The notes: generated by a model from the letters alone, not told the origin. A stretch of DNA of 64,000 nt from an uncultured Nigerium sp. (GCA_964482465.1 CAYZXQ010000010.1:780-64779), one strand, 5' to 3'; counted from the stretch's first letter, positions 21,325 to 33,068 are shown. Numbers and translations: made by a program.

Positions 21325-23781
21325 ATGACTGAGCCCCTGTTCGGTGACCTGTTCTCCTTCGCCACCCCGCCCGCGGACGCCCCGTCCCCCGCCCCCGGCG
21401 CGGACGGACAGCCGCGGCGTCCGCGTGCGAAGGCCACCGACCTGCTGGAGGGGTTGAACCCGCCGCAGCGGGAGGCCGTCGAGCACGCGGGCAGCCCGGT
21501 GCTGGTGGTGGCGGGCGCCGGGTCGGGCAAGACGCGCGTCCTGACGCGACGCATCGCGTGGCTCATCGAGGAACGCAGGGTGCACCCGGGGTCGATCCTG
21601 GCGATCACGTTCACGAACAAGGCCGCCGCCGAGATGCGCTCGCGGGTGGTCGAACTGGTGGGCAACCGGGCGCGGATCATGTGGGTGTCGACGTTCCACT
21701 CGGCGTGCGTGCGGATCCTGCGGGCCGACATCGACCGCTTCGGCATCGCCAAGAACTTCTCGATCTACGACGACACCGACTCCAAGCGCCTCATGGGACT
21801 GGTGTGCCGCGACCTCGGTCTCGACCCGAAGCGGTTCCCCGTGCGGACCGTCCTGAACCAGGTGAGCGCCGCCAAGAACGAGCTGATCGACCACGAGACG
21901 GCGGCCGCGCGCGCCGCGACCCCCACCGAGGAGGTCTACGCGGAGGCGTACGGCGAGTACCAGCGCCGGCTGGTGGCGGCGCACGCGCTCGATTTCGACG
22001 ACCTCATCATGACGACGGTGCACCTGTTGCAGGCGTTCGGCGATGTCAAGGAGAAGTACCGGCGGCGGTTCCGGCATGTGCTGGTGGACGAGTATCAGGA
22101 CACCAACCACGCCCAGTACGCGCTCGTCCGCGAGCTGTGCGGCGTTCAGCCGGCCGTCGCGGGCGTCCCGCAGCTCGACCCGCCCGAGCTGATGGTGGTG
22201 GGCGACTCCGACCAGTCGATCTACGCCTTCCGCGGGGCGACGATCCGCAACATCCTCGACTTCGCGACCGACTTCCCTGGCGCCCGGACGATCTTGCTGG
22301 AGCAGAACTACCGCTCCACCCAGACGATCCTCTCGGCGGCGAACGCCGTCATCACGCGCAACCCGAACCGTCCTGCCAAGCGGCTGTGGTCGGACGCCGG
22401 CGCGGGCGACCGGCTGGTGGGGTACGTGGCGGACACCGAGCACGAGGAGGCGTCCTGGATCGCGTCCGAGATCGACCGCCTCACCGACACCGGGACGGTC
22501 GCGCCGTCCGATGTGGCGGTCTTCTACCGGACCAACGCCCAATCCCGCGCGTTCGAGGAGGTCTTCATCCGGGTCGGGATGCCCTACCGCGTGGTCGGCG
22601 GCGTCCGGTTCTACGAGCGGCGCGAGATTCGCGACGCCATCGCCTACCTGCGGGCGATCGCCAACCCCGCCGACGATGTGAGCGTCCGGCGGATCCTGAA
22701 CGTGCCCAAACGCGGCATCGGCGACCGGGCCGAGGCGATGGTGGAGGCGTTCGCGGCGTCCGAGCGCATCCCCTTCTCGGCGGCGCTCGACCGGCTCGCC
22801 GAGGTGCCGGGCCTCGCGCCACGCTCGGCCAAGCAACTGGCGGCGTTCGCGCAGATGATGGCCGAACACCGCGCCCTCGTCGCCGACGGGGAGCCCGCCG
22901 ACCGCATCCTCACGTCCATCCTCAACGCGTCGGGCTACGTCGCCGAGCTCGAGGCGTCCACGGACCCCCAGGACGTCACGCGCCTGGAGAACCTCGTCGA
23001 ACTCGTCAGCGTCGCGGGCGAGTTCGTCGCCGCGGCGCACGTCCAGGACGTGACGCTGCCCGAGGGGGCGCGGGAGGCCGCGGTCGCCGAGGTGGGTCCG
23101 GACGCCGTGGCCGCGGCCGAGTTGGCCCTGGCCGACGGCGCCCCCGAGCCGGACGACTCGCTCCCGGCCTTCCTGGAGCGGATCGCGCTCGTGGCGGATT
23201 CCGACCAGATTCCGGACGCCGACGGCTCCCAGGGCGTCGTGACGCTCATGACGCTCCACACGGCCAAGGGTCTGGAGTTCCCCGTCGTCTTCCTCACCGG
23301 CTTCGAGGACGGCATCTTCCCGCACCAGCGCGCGATGACCGACCCGGGCGAGCTCGAGGAGGAGCGGCGGCTGGCGTATGTGGGCATCACGCGCGCGCGG
23401 CGCCACCTGTACCTCACCCGCGCGTCGGTGCGGGTCATGTGGGGCCAGCCGCAGTACAACCCGCCCAGCCGGTTCGTGGGCGAGATCCCCGCGGAGCTGA
23501 TCGACTGGCGCCGCACCGGCACGGTCGGGACGTGGGCGTCCGGCTCGCAGCGGCGCACCGAACAGTCGTGGCGGTCGTCGGTGGGCTACGGCGCGGCGCC
23601 GAAGCCGCGTCCCACGCCCGCGGCGCTGGGAGCCGGCGATCGCGTGTTGCACACGACGTTCGGGCTGGGCACGGTGATCGAGGCCCAGGGGGCTGGCGAC
23701 GGGCTCAAGGCGACCGTCGATTTCGGGTCGGCCGGGGTGAAGAAACTGTCGGTCAAGCACGCGCCCATGGAGAAGCTCTGA
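21325..23781 (+). CDS. pcrA: ATP-dependent DNA helicase PcrA/UvrD1
   Basis: AGAGSGKT, TFTNKAA, VDEYQDTN, GDSDQSIY.FRGA, NYRS, TLHTAKGLEF, EERRLAYVGITRA. Confidence 0.96.
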   Translation: MTEPLFGDLFSFATPPADAPSPAPGADGQPRRPRAKATDLLEGLNPPQREAVEHAGSPVLVVAGAGSGKTRVLTRRIAWLIEERRVHPGSILAITFTNKAAAEMRSRVVELVGNRARIMWVSTFHSACVRILRADIDRFGIAKNFSIYDDTDSKRLMGLVCRDLGLDPKRFPVRTVLNQVSAAKNELIDHETAAARAATPTEEVYAEAYGEYQRRLVAAHALDFDDLIMTTVHLLQAFGDVKEKYRRRFRHVLVDEYQDTNHAQYALVRELCGVQPAVAGVPQLDPPELMVVGDSDQSIYAFRGATIRNILDFATDFPGARTILLEQNYRSTQTILSAANAVITRNPNRPAKRLWSDAGAGDRLVGYVADTEHEEASWIASEIDRLTDTGTVAPSDVAVFYRTNAQSRAFEEVFIRVGMPYRVVGGVRFYERREIRDAIAYLRAIANPADDVSVRRILNVPKRGIGDRAEAMVEAFAASERIPFSAALDRLAEVPGLAPRSAKQLAAFAQMMAEHRALVADGEPADRILTSILNASGYVAELEASTDPQDVTRLENLVELVSVAGEFVAAAHVQDVTLPEGAREAAVAEVGPDAVAAAELALADGAPEPDDSLPAFLERIALVADSDQIPDADGSQGVVTLMTLHTAKGLEFPVVFLTGFEDGIFPHQRAMTDPGELEEERRLAYVGITRARRHLYLTRASVRVMWGQPQYNPPSRFVGEIPAELIDWRRTGTVGTWASGSQRRTEQSWRSSVGYGAAPKPRPTPAALGAGDRVLHTTFGLGTVIEAQGAGDGLKATVDFGSAGVKKLSVKHAPMEKL

Positions 23782-23830
23782 GACGCAGACGAAGCGTGGG
23801 GGAGCGCCGCGCGGGCGGGCGCAGCCCGGG

Positions 23831-24706
23831 TCAGGCCTTCAGGAACGGCTCGGGGTCGACGTTGTTGCCGTTGGTGTAGACCGAGAAGTGCAGGTGGCAC
23901 GAGGTGGACAACCCGGTGCTGCCGACGTAGCCGATGACTTGGCCGCGGGTGACCTTCTGTCCGACCTTCACGATGATCTTGTTCTGGTGCAGATAGGCCG
24001 TCTCGATCTTCTCGCCGTTCAGCGTGCCGTGGTCGATGCGGGTCTGGTTGCCGCCGCCACCGCCGCTGTAGCCGGCTTCGGTCACGGTGCCGTCCGCGGC
24101 GGCCCAGATCGGCTGGTCGCAGGACCCGCCCATGTCGACGCCGGCGTGGAGGCGGGTGTAGTGGAGGATCGGGTGCAGCCGCATGCCCCACGGCGAGCCG
24201 ATGGAGCCAGCGGTCGGCCAGAAGAAGTTGCCCTTGGCCAGCAGGCGCTCCGACTCGGCCTTGATCGCCGTCGTGGTGGTGTTCAGGCCGGCGGCGCGGT
24301 TGGACACCGCCGCCTGCTGCTGGGTGGACGCCACGGCCTGGCCTTGCGTGGTCAGCGCCACGGAGCGGGCCTGGGCGGCGTCCGCGACCGAGGGGGCGGT
24401 GAGCTGCTCGCGGACGGTGTCGCGGTCGGTGGAGGTGCCGCGGGTGGCGAAGGACTCGACGCTGCCGGCGGCCGCGGTGCGGGTGGCGACGGGCAGGGTG
24501 GGCTCGGTGGTGGCGGAGACCTCTTGGGCGATGCCCGGGACCACCGTGGCGAGCACGCCGACGGTGGCGACAGCGGAGACGGCGATGCCGATCCGGACGA
24601 GGCGGCCGCGCTGTGCGCGCGCGGGGGGAGCGGTCTCGGCGAGGAACGCGTCGGGGTCCTCAATGGCACGGCGAGGCCGGGGCGAGGGCGTAGCTGCTGA
24701 GATCAC
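23831..24706 (-). CDS. M23 family metallopeptidase with N-terminal TM
   Basis: R.HPI....RLHAGVD, YLHQ, GSTGLSTSCHLHF. Confidence 0.9.
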   Translation of the reverse strand: MISAATPSPRPRRAIEDPDAFLAETAPPARAQRGRLVRIGIAVSAVATVGVLATVVPGIAQEVSATTEPTLPVATRTAAAGSVESFATRGTSTDRDTVREQLTAPSVADAAQARSVALTTQGQAVASTQQQAAVSNRAAGLNTTTTAIKAESERLLAKGNFFWPTAGSIGSPWGMRLHPILHYTRLHAGVDMGGSCDQPIWAAADGTVTEAGYSGGGGGNQTRIDHGTLNGEKIETAYLHQNKIIVKVGQKVTRGQVIGYVGSTGLSTSCHLHFSVYTNGNNVDPEPFLKA

Positions 24707-25022
24707 GTACCTGTCCTTGAATCCCCCCAGGGGAGCCGATCGGGTCGGCGCCCCGCACGAGTGCTTTGACGAGGGAACCTTAGCATCGTTTGAGAGATTC
24801 TCAGTAATCCTCAGGAAGATTTGAGACGCCTGGGGCGGACGCGGTTACCGTCGCGGCGAGCGGGGAGACCGGACGCCTCCGGACGCCTCGCGCGCTTGTC
24901 GGCCCGTGAACCCGCGGCGCACCGGGTTGTTGCCGGGGGATGCTGACGCGGCGGCGTCCGGCCTGTAAGGTCTGCTCACCCCGCCGCTGAGGCGGGGGTC
25001 GAGCACATGTGATGGGTGGAAC

Positions 25023-26207
25023 ATGGATCTCTTCGAGTACCAGGCGCGCGAGGTGTTCGAGCGCCACGGCGTTCCCGTGCTGCGCGGCATCGTGGCGCGG
25101 ACCCCCGCGCAGGCTCGCGCGGCGGCGGACGAACTGGGTGGCGGTCTCACGGTCGTCAAGGCGCAGGTGAAGACCGGCGGCCGCGGCAAAGCGGGCGGCG
25201 TCAAGCTGGCCCGCGGCGCGGACGAGGCCCAGGCGCGGGCGTCCGAAATCCTCGGCCTGGACATCAAGGGCCACGTCGTCGAGGCCGTCATGGTGGCCGA
25301 GGGGGCCGACATCGCCGAGGAGTACTACTTCTCGATCCTGCTCGACCGCGCGGAGCGCCGCTCGCTGGCCATGTGCAGCCTGGAGGGAGGCATGGACATC
25401 GAGACGCTCGCCGCGGAGCGCCCCGAGGCGCTCATCAAGCAACCGCTGGATCCGCAGCGGGGACTGGACGCCGCGGCCGCCGCCGAGCTGGTGGCGACCG
25501 TCGGCTTCGCGGAGGCGGACCGTGCCGAGGTGGCGCGGGTCCTGACCCTGCTGGGCCAGGTGTACGCCCGCGAGGACGCGACCCTGGTCGAGGTGAACCC
25601 GCTGGTCAAGACCGCGGACGGCCGCATCCTCGCCCTGGACGGCAAGGTGACCGTCGACGACAACGCCGCCTTCCGGCACCCCGAGTGGGAGGGCCTGCGC
25701 GACACCGGTCGCGAGGACCCCCTGGAGGCTCGCGCCCGGGCCAAGGACCTCAACTACGTCAAGCTCGATGGCCAGGTCGGCGTCATCGGCAACGGGGCCG
25801 GCCTGGTCATGAGCACCCTCGACGTGGTCGCCAACGCCGGCGCGGATCTGCCCGGCAGCCCCCGCCCGGCCAACTTCCTCGACATCGGCGGCGGCGCGTC
25901 GGCGCAGGTGATGGCCGACGGCCTCGACATCATCTTGTCCGACCCGCAGGTGAGTGTGGTGTTCGTCAACGTCTTCGGCGGTATCACCGCGTGCTCCGAG
26001 GTCGCGAAGGGCATCCGGGAGGCGTTGAAGCAGCTCGGCCACCGGGCGACCCGCCCGCTGGTCGTCCGCCTGGACGGCAACGCCGTCGAGGTAGGGCGCG
26101 AGGTCCTCGCGGAGTACGCCCACCCCTTGGTCACGGTCGTGGACACGATGGACGATGCGGCGCGCAAGGCCGCCGAGCTGGCCAGCGCGGCCATGGAAGG
26201 GAAGTGA
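25023..26207 (+). CDS. sucC: Succinyl-CoA ligase beta subunit
   Basis: [43 protein letters not shown]. Confidence 0.96.
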   Translation: MDLFEYQAREVFERHGVPVLRGIVARTPAQARAAADELGGGLTVVKAQVKTGGRGKAGGVKLARGADEAQARASEILGLDIKGHVVEAVMVAEGADIAEEYYFSILLDRAERRSLAMCSLEGGMDIETLAAERPEALIKQPLDPQRGLDAAAAAELVATVGFAEADRAEVARVLTLLGQVYAREDATLVEVNPLVKTADGRILALDGKVTVDDNAAFRHPEWEGLRDTGREDPLEARARAKDLNYVKLDGQVGVIGNGAGLVMSTLDVVANAGADLPGSPRPANFLDIGGGASAQVMADGLDIILSDPQVSVVFVNVFGGITACSEVAKGIREALKQLGHRATRPLVVRLDGNAVEVGREVLAEYAHPLVTVVDTMDDAARKAAELASAAMEGK

Positions 26208-26208
26208 C

Positions 26209-27090
26209 ATGGCCATCTGGCTGGACCACCGCAGCAAGGTGATCGTGCAGGGCATGACGGGCACCGAGGGGCGCAAGCACACGCAACGCATGGTCATGTT
26301 CGGCACGCGCGTCGTCGCCGGCGTGACCCCCGGCAAGGGCGGGCAGTCGGTGACGTTCGAGGAGGACCCGATCCCGGTGTTCAACTCGGTGGCCGAGGCC
26401 AAGCACGCCACGGGCGCCAACGTGTCGGTCGTCTTCGTGCCCGCGCCGTATGCCAAGGCGGCGGTCTTGGACGCCGTCGCCGCCGGGATCGAGCTGATCG
26501 TGTGCATCACCGAGGGCATCCCGGTCGCCGACACCGCCGAGTTCTACGCGGCGGCCTCCGACGCCGGCGTCCGCCTCATCGGCCCGAACTGCCCCGGCAT
26601 CATCTCGCCCGGACGCAGCAACGTGGGCATCATCCCGCCGAACATCGCCCGGGCCGGCCACATCGGCCTGGTGAGCAAGTCGGGGACCCTGACCTACCAG
26701 ATGATGTTCGAGCTGGGCGATATCGGGTTCTCCACGTGCGTGGGGATCGGCGGCGACCCCATCATCGGCACCACCCACATCGACTGCCTGGCGGCCTTCC
26801 AGGACGATCCCGAGACCGACGCCATCGTCATGATCGGCGAGATCGGCGGCGACGCCGAGGAGCGCGCGGCCGAGTACATCCGCCGCCATGTCACGAAGCC
26901 GGTCGTCGGCTACGTCGCCGGATTCACCGCGCCCGAGGGCCGGACCATGGGCCATGCGGGTGCCATCGTGTCCGGTTCGTCCGGGACCGCGGCCGCCAAG
27001 CAGCGCGCGCTGGAGGCGGCGGGCGTCCAGGTGGGTCGGACGCCGTCCGCGGCGGCCCGGATCGTCCGCGAGGTCATGCGCTCGCGGTGA
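26209..27090 (+). CDS. sucD: Succinyl-CoA ligase alpha subunit
   Basis: [31 protein letters not shown]. Confidence 0.96.
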   Translation: MAIWLDHRSKVIVQGMTGTEGRKHTQRMVMFGTRVVAGVTPGKGGQSVTFEEDPIPVFNSVAEAKHATGANVSVVFVPAPYAKAAVLDAVAAGIELIVCITEGIPVADTAEFYAAASDAGVRLIGPNCPGIISPGRSNVGIIPPNIARAGHIGLVSKSGTLTYQMMFELGDIGFSTCVGIGGDPIIGTTHIDCLAAFQDDPETDAIVMIGEIGGDAEERAAEYIRRHVTKPVVGYVAGFTAPEGRTMGHAGAIVSGSSGTAAAKQRALEAAGVQVGRTPSAAARIVREVMRSR

Positions 27091-27114
27091 GCCGGACGCG
27101 ACCCGGCCGGGCGA

Positions 27115-28659
27115 TCACGGCAACTGCGTGATCCGCCCGGCGGCCCGGGTCGCCACGGCCTGCCAGTCGGCGTCGGAGAAGTCGACGCCCGACGGGTTGG
27201 CGAAGACGTAGACCACGCGCGGGCCGACCGCCATGACGCTCACGCGGAACTGCGCGGTCTGGTCGGCGGTGACCTTCTGGGTCACGAACCACGAAGCCCC
27301 CGTGCCGCCGCCCAGGGCCGTGACGTCGCCGACGCGACGGACGGTGGCGGTGGCGGTCCGGGCCTGGCAGCCGTCGAAGTTGGCGGCGAGCTTCCCGACC
27401 AGGGCGGTGGCGTCCTGGGGTGTCCCGAAGGTGTAGATGGCCTGGTCGATGCCGACCGCATTGGCGCGGCTGTCGTCGTAGAGCAGGTAGGTGCGTTGCG
27501 CGGACGCCGTCGCCCCGGCGACCGCCGTCAGGTCGATCGCCTCGCAGGCGGAGCCCGTCAGCTTCATGGGTGCGATGTCGGTGCCGCGCCACGTCCCGGC
27601 GCCGCCGGTCAGCCGGGGGAGATCCACCGAGGCGAGCCAGCCCGCGGGGGCAACGGCCGGCGGCACCTGAGGCCCGACCTGCGGCGTGGTCGGACAGGCG
27701 CCGCCGGTGGCGGCGCACTGCCGTTGCGCGAGAGCGGTGAGGGTGGCCACGGCGGCCTCGCGCGTCCACGGCTCCTTGCCGGCGAGATCGAGGATCGTCA
27801 CGTCGGTGCCGCTGCGCGACAGCATGACGACGTGGTATTCGCCGACCGCCTCCTGCAGCAGGAACGAGCCGACGGCCGCGGCGTCCGCGACCCCGCCGAT
27901 GGTCGCGTACTCGGTGAGCCAGGCCGTGGTGCGCGGGCAGCCCCCGAGCTGGGTGACGCGCGCGTCGAACGCCTGGGCGGCCTCCTCCGGCGTCGCGTAG
28001 TGGTCCAACTCGTGCAGGACGGCGCCGGCGTCCGGGGTGCCCGCCAGCGTGCGGACGCGGACGTTCTGCGCCTTCGGGGCGGTGTCGGACGCCGCGGCCA
28101 GGCACTTCGGTTGCGGGGTGTTGGCGTCGACGGCGGTGGCGTCCGTGGCGATGGTCCAGGTCGCGCCCTGTCGCAGCGGCGCGAGGTCGTTGGGCTCGGC
28201 CAGCAGCGTGGCGCGGTCGACCGTGGGGGTCGGCGAGGGGGCGGGCGCCGGCGTGCCCGGCCGGGGCACGAGGAACAGCGCCAGGACCGCCACGAGCGCG
28301 ACCACGGCGACGATCCCCGCGACGAGAGCGAGGACGCGCTTGGGTGCGGGGGCGGCCGCTGCGGCGAGGGGCTCCGATGCCGCAGGCGACGCCGGCGAGC
28401 CGGGCGTCAGCGCCGACCGTCGCGGCAGGGGCGACTCGTCCTCGGGGAGGGGTTCGTCGGCGGAGTAGCGGCGGCCGCGGGCGGTGGGCGCGGGGTCGTG
28501 CGTCGGCAGGACGGGCGCGGGCGGCGGGATCGGGGTGTCCGGGTTCGCCAGGCGGCGGGCGCGCGGCAGCGTGTCGTCGGCGCCTGGCTCGATGTGGGGC
28601 GGGTCGGAGTGCGCCGGGGCCAGGGCACGCCGGGGCGCGCTGCTGGGAGTCTCGCTCAC
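27115..28659 (-). CDS. Membrane-anchored protein: Pro-rich N-terminus, one TM, two Cys-containing PknH-like extracellular repeats
   Basis: TM VLALVAGIVAVVALVAVLALFLV; parallel segments PKC..YATPEEAAQAF..LGGC and SAC..FGTPQDATALV..FDGC. Confidence 0.6.
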   Translation of the reverse strand: MSETPSSAPRRALAPAHSDPPHIEPGADDTLPRARRLANPDTPIPPPAPVLPTHDPAPTARGRRYSADEPLPEDESPLPRRSALTPGSPASPAASEPLAAAAAPAPKRVLALVAGIVAVVALVAVLALFLVPRPGTPAPAPSPTPTVDRATLLAEPNDLAPLRQGATWTIATDATAVDANTPQPKCLAAASDTAPKAQNVRVRTLAGTPDAGAVLHELDHYATPEEAAQAFDARVTQLGGCPRTTAWLTEYATIGGVADAAAVGSFLLQEAVGEYHVVMLSRSGTDVTILDLAGKEPWTREAAVATLTALAQRQCAATGGACPTTPQVGPQVPPAVAPAGWLASVDLPRLTGGAGTWRGTDIAPMKLTGSACEAIDLTAVAGATASAQRTYLLYDDSRANAVGIDQAIYTFGTPQDATALVGKLAANFDGCQARTATATVRRVGDVTALGGGTGASWFVTQKVTADQTAQFRVSVMAVGPRVVYVFANPSGVDFSDADWQAVATRAAGRITQLP

Positions 28660-28748
28660 GTGGTCCTCCTCGGGTCGCCGTCGACTTTAGCAAGCGCGGG
28701 CGTGTCCCCACGGAGACGCTCCGGGGCGTGCGTCAGCATGGACCCACC

Positions 28749-30041
28749 ATGGTCCTTCCGTCCGCGCGTCGACCGACGTTCAGCCTCACCGTCTCGTCCC
28801 CCCGGGTCGAGCGGCCGACCGAGCGTCCGGGACGCCCGGCGCTGCCGTGGCCCGTGCTGGCCGTGGTCGGCTCCGTCGGAGCGGTCGCCGTGGGGTGGCT
28901 CGCGATCGCCGTCCTCGTCAGCGCCGCCTGGCTCACGGCGATGCGGACGCCCCTGCCCGCCGCCCTCGACCTCGCCGGCCAGCTCTGGCTCGCGGTGCAC
29001 TTCGCGCACGTCCGCGTCGCGGACGTCAACCTCTCCCTCGTGCCCACCGGGGGCACCCTCCTCGTCACGGCCGCCGTCGCCGTGGGAGTGCACTACGCCG
29101 GCATGGGCGTCGACACCGGCGACGCGGCGCCCCGCGCCCGACTGGGTTCTCTGGGTCTGCTCGTCGCCGCTGGGACCGCGACCTACTGCATGGGCACCCT
29201 CGTGCTGGCCTCGCTGGTCGGGACCGCGAGCCAGGCGACCGCGGCGCTCACCGGAGCGCTGGGCATCTCCCTGGTCGGCTCGGTGGCGGGCGCGGTCCCG
29301 GCCGTGTTCGGCGACCTCGGCACGTTCGTGCCCCGCTGGCTGCGCTCGGTCCCCGGCGCCATCGGCGTCGGGCTCGCCGTGCTGGCGGGGGGCTCGGCGC
29401 TGGCGCTGGCCGTGGGTCTTGGAATGCGCTGGGACCAGGTCCAGACCCTCCGGGCCGGCCTCGCGCCCACCGCGTTCGACGAGGTGCTGCTGGGCGCGGT
29501 GACCCTGGCCTACCTCCCGACCATGCTGCTGTGGGCCGGCTCCTACGTCCTGGGCGCCGGGATCACCCTGGGCCTCGGCACCGTCGTCACCCCGGGCGAG
29601 ACGACGCTCGGGTTGCTGCCCGCGTTCCCGCCGCTCGCCGCCGTCCCGCCGGTCGGCTCGCCGCTCGCGTGGGGCTGGCTGTGGGTCGGCGTGGCCGCCG
29701 GGGCGGCGTCCGGATTCTGGTTCTGCCGCGGCGACGCGGCCCGCGGGGGCACCCCTGGCCTCGACCGGTGGCCATGGCAAGCGGCCCTGCCCGGTCTGGC
29801 CGCCGCCACGGTGTGGGTCGGCGCGTCCTGGCTCACGCGCGGCGACCTGGGCGCGGCCAGGCTGGTCGGCATGGGTCCGATCTTCCCCGACCTGCTGTGG
29901 TGGACCGGCGTTCCCCTGACGGTCGGCGCCGCGGCGTCCGGGCTGGCCATGGCCCTGTGGGGGGCCCGCCGGGTGCCCGCCGAGGCTCCGGAGGCCGTCG
30001 AGGAGCCGGTCGCTTCGGCGTCCGTGGGAGGGGATCGATAG
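28749..30041 (+). CDS. DUF6350/PerM-like polytopic membrane protein
   Basis: WLAVH, LAYLPT..W..SY.LG.G..LG, LPAFP.LAA.P, G.LG..RL..MGP; usual position before purN. Confidence 0.75.
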   Translation: MVLPSARRPTFSLTVSSPRVERPTERPGRPALPWPVLAVVGSVGAVAVGWLAIAVLVSAAWLTAMRTPLPAALDLAGQLWLAVHFAHVRVADVNLSLVPTGGTLLVTAAVAVGVHYAGMGVDTGDAAPRARLGSLGLLVAAGTATYCMGTLVLASLVGTASQATAALTGALGISLVGSVAGAVPAVFGDLGTFVPRWLRSVPGAIGVGLAVLAGGSALALAVGLGMRWDQVQTLRAGLAPTAFDEVLLGAVTLAYLPTMLLWAGSYVLGAGITLGLGTVVTPGETTLGLLPAFPPLAAVPPVGSPLAWGWLWVGVAAGAASGFWFCRGDAARGGTPGLDRWPWQAALPGLAAATVWVGASWLTRGDLGAARLVGMGPIFPDLLWWTGVPLTVGAAASGLAMALWGARRVPAEAPEAVEEPVASASVGGDR

Positions 30042-30051
30042 GCTGGGGGCC

Positions 30052-30627
30052 ATGGCCCTTCGCATTGTCGTGTTGGTGTCCGGCTCCGGGACGCTCTTGC
30101 AGTCCCTGCTGGACGCCCAGGCCGCCGGACGCCTCGACGGCGACGTCGTGGCCGTCGGCTCCGACCGCGACGGCATCGAGGGGCTGGCGCGCGCCGAGCG
30201 GGCGGGGGTCCCGACGTTCGTCGTGCCGCTGCGTGCCTACCCCGACCGGCCCGCCTGGGACGCCGCGTTGGCGGACGCCGTGGCGGCCCACGCCCCCGAC
30301 CTGGTGGTCAGCGCGGGGTTCATGAAGCTGGTGGGGGAGGCCTTCCTGTCCCGCTTCGGGGGGCGGTTCGTCAACACCCATCCCGCGCTCCTGCCGAGCT
30401 TCCCCGGCGCCCACGGCGTCCGCGACGCGCTCGCCCACGGCGTCAAGGTGACGGGCTGCACCATCTTCGAAGTGGACGCCGGCGTCGACACCGGGCGCAT
30501 CATCGACCAGGTCGCCGTCCGGGTAGCGGACGACGACACGGAGGAGACCCTCCACGAACGCATCAAGGTCGCGGAGCGGGCCCTGCTCCTCGGCACCGTC
30601 AACCGACTGGCCGCGCAGCAGCGCTGA
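30052..30627 (+). CDS. purN: Phosphoribosylglycinamide formyltransferase
   Basis: [32 protein letters not shown]. Confidence 0.96.
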   Translation: MALRIVVLVSGSGTLLQSLLDAQAAGRLDGDVVAVGSDRDGIEGLARAERAGVPTFVVPLRAYPDRPAWDAALADAVAAHAPDLVVSAGFMKLVGEAFLSRFGGRFVNTHPALLPSFPGAHGVRDALAHGVKVTGCTIFEVDAGVDTGRIIDQVAVRVADDDTEETLHERIKVAERALLLGTVNRLAAQQR

Positions 30628-30651
30628 CGCGGCACGACGAAGGGGAAACGC

Positions 30652-32208
30652 ATGGAACGCGCACCGATTCGCCGGGCCTTGGTCTCGGTCTACGACAAGA
30701 CCGGGCTGGCGGAGGTAGGCCGGGCGCTGGCGGACGCCGGGGTCGAGATCGTCTCCACCGGCGGGTCGTACCGGCTCCTGGCCGACGCGGGCATCCCCGT
30801 GACCGAGGTGGCGGAGCTCACCGGGTTCCCCGAGTGCCTGGACGGCCGCGTGAAGACCCTGCACCCCCGCGTCCACGCGGGCATCCTCGCCGACCGGCGC
30901 CTGGACTCCCACCGTGCCCAGCTCGACGACCTGGGCATCGCCGCGTTCGACCTGGTCGTGAGCAATCTGTACCCGTTCGCCGCCACCGTGGCGTCCGGGG
31001 CGTCGGCGGACGAGTGCGTCGAGCAGATCGACATCGGCGGGCCCTCGATGGTGCGCGCCGCGGCGAAGAACCATCCGAGTGTGGCCATCGTCACGTCGCC
31101 TGCCCAGTACCCCGACCTGCTCGCGGCGCTCGCCGCCGGCGGGTTCACCCTCGCCGAGCGGCAGGCCCTCGCCGCGGCGGCGTTCGTCCACACGGCGAGC
31201 TACGACGTCGCCGTCGCCACGTGGATGGGTCACGTCCTGACCGACGGCACCGACGGCACGGGCTTCCCGGGCTGGCTCGGCGGCACCTACGAGCGCCTAG
31301 GCGTCCTGCGCTACGGCGAGAACAGCCACCAGGCCGCCGCCCTCTACCGCAACGGGTTCGGCCTGCCCGGCCTCGCCGGGGCCGAGCAACTCGGCGGCAA
31401 GGAGATGAGCTACAACAACTACGTCGACACCGACGCCGCCCGCCGCGCCGCCTACGACCTGGACGGTCCCGCGGTCGCGATCGTCAAGCACTCCAACCCC
31501 TGCGGGATCGCGGTCGGCGTCGACATCGCCGACGCCCACGCCAAGGCCCACGCCTGCGACCCGGTGAGCGCCTACGGCGGCGTCATCGCGGCGAACCGGC
31601 CGGTGACCCTGGCGATGGCCGAGCAGGTCAAGCCCATCTTCACCGAGGTGATCGTCGCGCCCGGCTTCGAGCCGGCGGCGCTGGAGATGCTCCGGACCAA
31701 GAAGAACCTCCGCATCCTGCAGGTGTCCGCGCCGGCGCGCGGCGGCATCGAGACCCGCGCGATCGACGGGGGCCTGCTGGTGCAGCAGCGCGACGAGTTC
31801 CAGGCCCAGGGCGACGACCCGGCGCATTGGGAGCTCAAGGCCGGCGACGCCGTCGATGCCGCGACGCTGGCCGACCTCGCGTTCGCGTGGCGGGCGTGCC
31901 GGTCGGTGAAGTCGAACGCGATCCTGCTGGCCGCGGACGGGGCGTCCGTGGGCGTCGGCATGGGCCAGGTCAACCGCGTGGATTCGTGCAAGCTGGCCGT
32001 GGAGCGCGCTGGCGAGCGGGCCGCGGGCAGCGTGGCGGCCTCCGACGCCTTCTTCCCCTTCGACGACGGCCCGCGCATCCTCGCGGACGCCGGCGTCCGG
32101 GCCATCGTGGAGCCGGGGGGGTCCATCCGCGACGACGACACCATCGCGCTGTGCCGCGAGCGCGGGATCGCGCTGTACTTCACCGGCACCCGGCACTTCT
32201 TCCACTAG
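30652..32208 (+). CDS. purH: Bifunctional AICAR transformylase/IMP cyclohydrolase
   Basis: [44 protein letters not shown]. Confidence 0.97.
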   Translation: MERAPIRRALVSVYDKTGLAEVGRALADAGVEIVSTGGSYRLLADAGIPVTEVAELTGFPECLDGRVKTLHPRVHAGILADRRLDSHRAQLDDLGIAAFDLVVSNLYPFAATVASGASADECVEQIDIGGPSMVRAAAKNHPSVAIVTSPAQYPDLLAALAAGGFTLAERQALAAAAFVHTASYDVAVATWMGHVLTDGTDGTGFPGWLGGTYERLGVLRYGENSHQAAALYRNGFGLPGLAGAEQLGGKEMSYNNYVDTDAARRAAYDLDGPAVAIVKHSNPCGIAVGVDIADAHAKAHACDPVSAYGGVIAANRPVTLAMAEQVKPIFTEVIVAPGFEPAALEMLRTKKNLRILQVSAPARGGIETRAIDGGLLVQQRDEFQAQGDDPAHWELKAGDAVDAATLADLAFAWRACRSVKSNAILLAADGASVGVGMGQVNRVDSCKLAVERAGERAAGSVAASDAFFPFDDGPRILADAGVRAIVEPGGSIRDDDTIALCRERGIALYFTGTRHFFH

Positions 32209-32216
32209 GGGATTCG

Positions 32217-33068
32217 ATGACGGCGAACAAGCTGGACGGCATCGCGACCGCCAAGGCGATCAAGGCCGAGCTGACCACGCGCGTGGCGGCGCTGCGGGAG
32301 CGCGGGGTCGTCCCGGGCCTGGCCACGGTTCTGGTGGGCGACGACCCGGCGTCCCAGAACTACGTGAAGATGAAGCACCGCGACTGCGACCAGGTGGGCA
32401 TCGCGTCCCTCCGGATCGAGTTGCCCGCAGACGCCTCGGCCGCGCAGCTCGAGGAAACCCTCGGACGCCTCAACGCCGATCCCGCGTGCACCGGCTACAT
32501 CGTGCAATTGCCCATCCCCCGACACCTCGACGAGAACTGGGCGCTGTCGCTGGTCGATCCCGACAAGGACGCCGACGGCCTGCACCCGATCAACCTCGGC
32601 AAGTTGGTCCTCAACGAGCCGGCGACGCTGCCCTGCACGCCGCGCGGCATCGTCGAGTTGGTGCGCCGCCACGGGCTGGAGTGGAAGGGCGCCGAGGTGT
32701 GCGTGATCGGACGCGGCATCACGGTCGGACGCCCCCTCGGGCTGATCCTGACCCGCCGGTCCGAGAACGCCACGGTGACGCTGTGTCACACGGGGACGCG
32801 CGACCTCGCCGACCACACCCGCCGGGCCGACATCGTCGTGGCGGCGGCCGGTGTGCCCGGCATGGTCACCGCGGACATGATCCGTCCGGGGGCGGTCTGC
32901 ATCGACGTGGGCGTGAGCCGGGTCGACGGGGTGACCGTTGGCGACCTCGCCCCGGACGTCTGGGAGTCCGCCGGTTGGGTCACGCCCAACCCGGGCGGGG
33001 TGGGGCCGATGACGCGGGCCATGCTGTTGTCCAATGTGGTTGACCGGGCGGAGGCGCTGCTCGCGTGA
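32217..33068 (+). CDS. folD: Methylenetetrahydrofolate dehydrogenase/cyclohydrolase
   Basis: [28 protein letters not shown]. Confidence 0.96.
   Translation: MTANKLDGIATAKAIKAELTTRVAALRERGVVPGLATVLVGDDPASQNYVKMKHRDCDQVGIASLRIELPADASAAQLEETLGRLNADPACTGYIVQLPIPRHLDENWALSLVDPDKDADGLHPINLGKLVLNEPATLPCTPRGIVELVRRHGLEWKGAEVCVIGRGITVGRPLGLILTRRSENATVTLCHTGTRDLADHTRRADIVVAAAGVPGMVTADMIRPGAVCIDVGVSRVDGVTVGDLAPDVWESAGWVTPNPGGVGPMTRAMLLSNVVDRAEALLA

Noticed and set aside
24707..24785. Possible c-di-AMP (ydaO) riboswitch upstream of the M23 peptidase
   Set aside because: The leader is only about 65 nt and lacks the characteristic GAATCC...GGGGAACC...GGGGTGAA pattern.
30628..30651. ZTP riboswitch before purH
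   Set aside because: Only 24 nt separate purN and purH; no matching motif was seen before purN or purU either.
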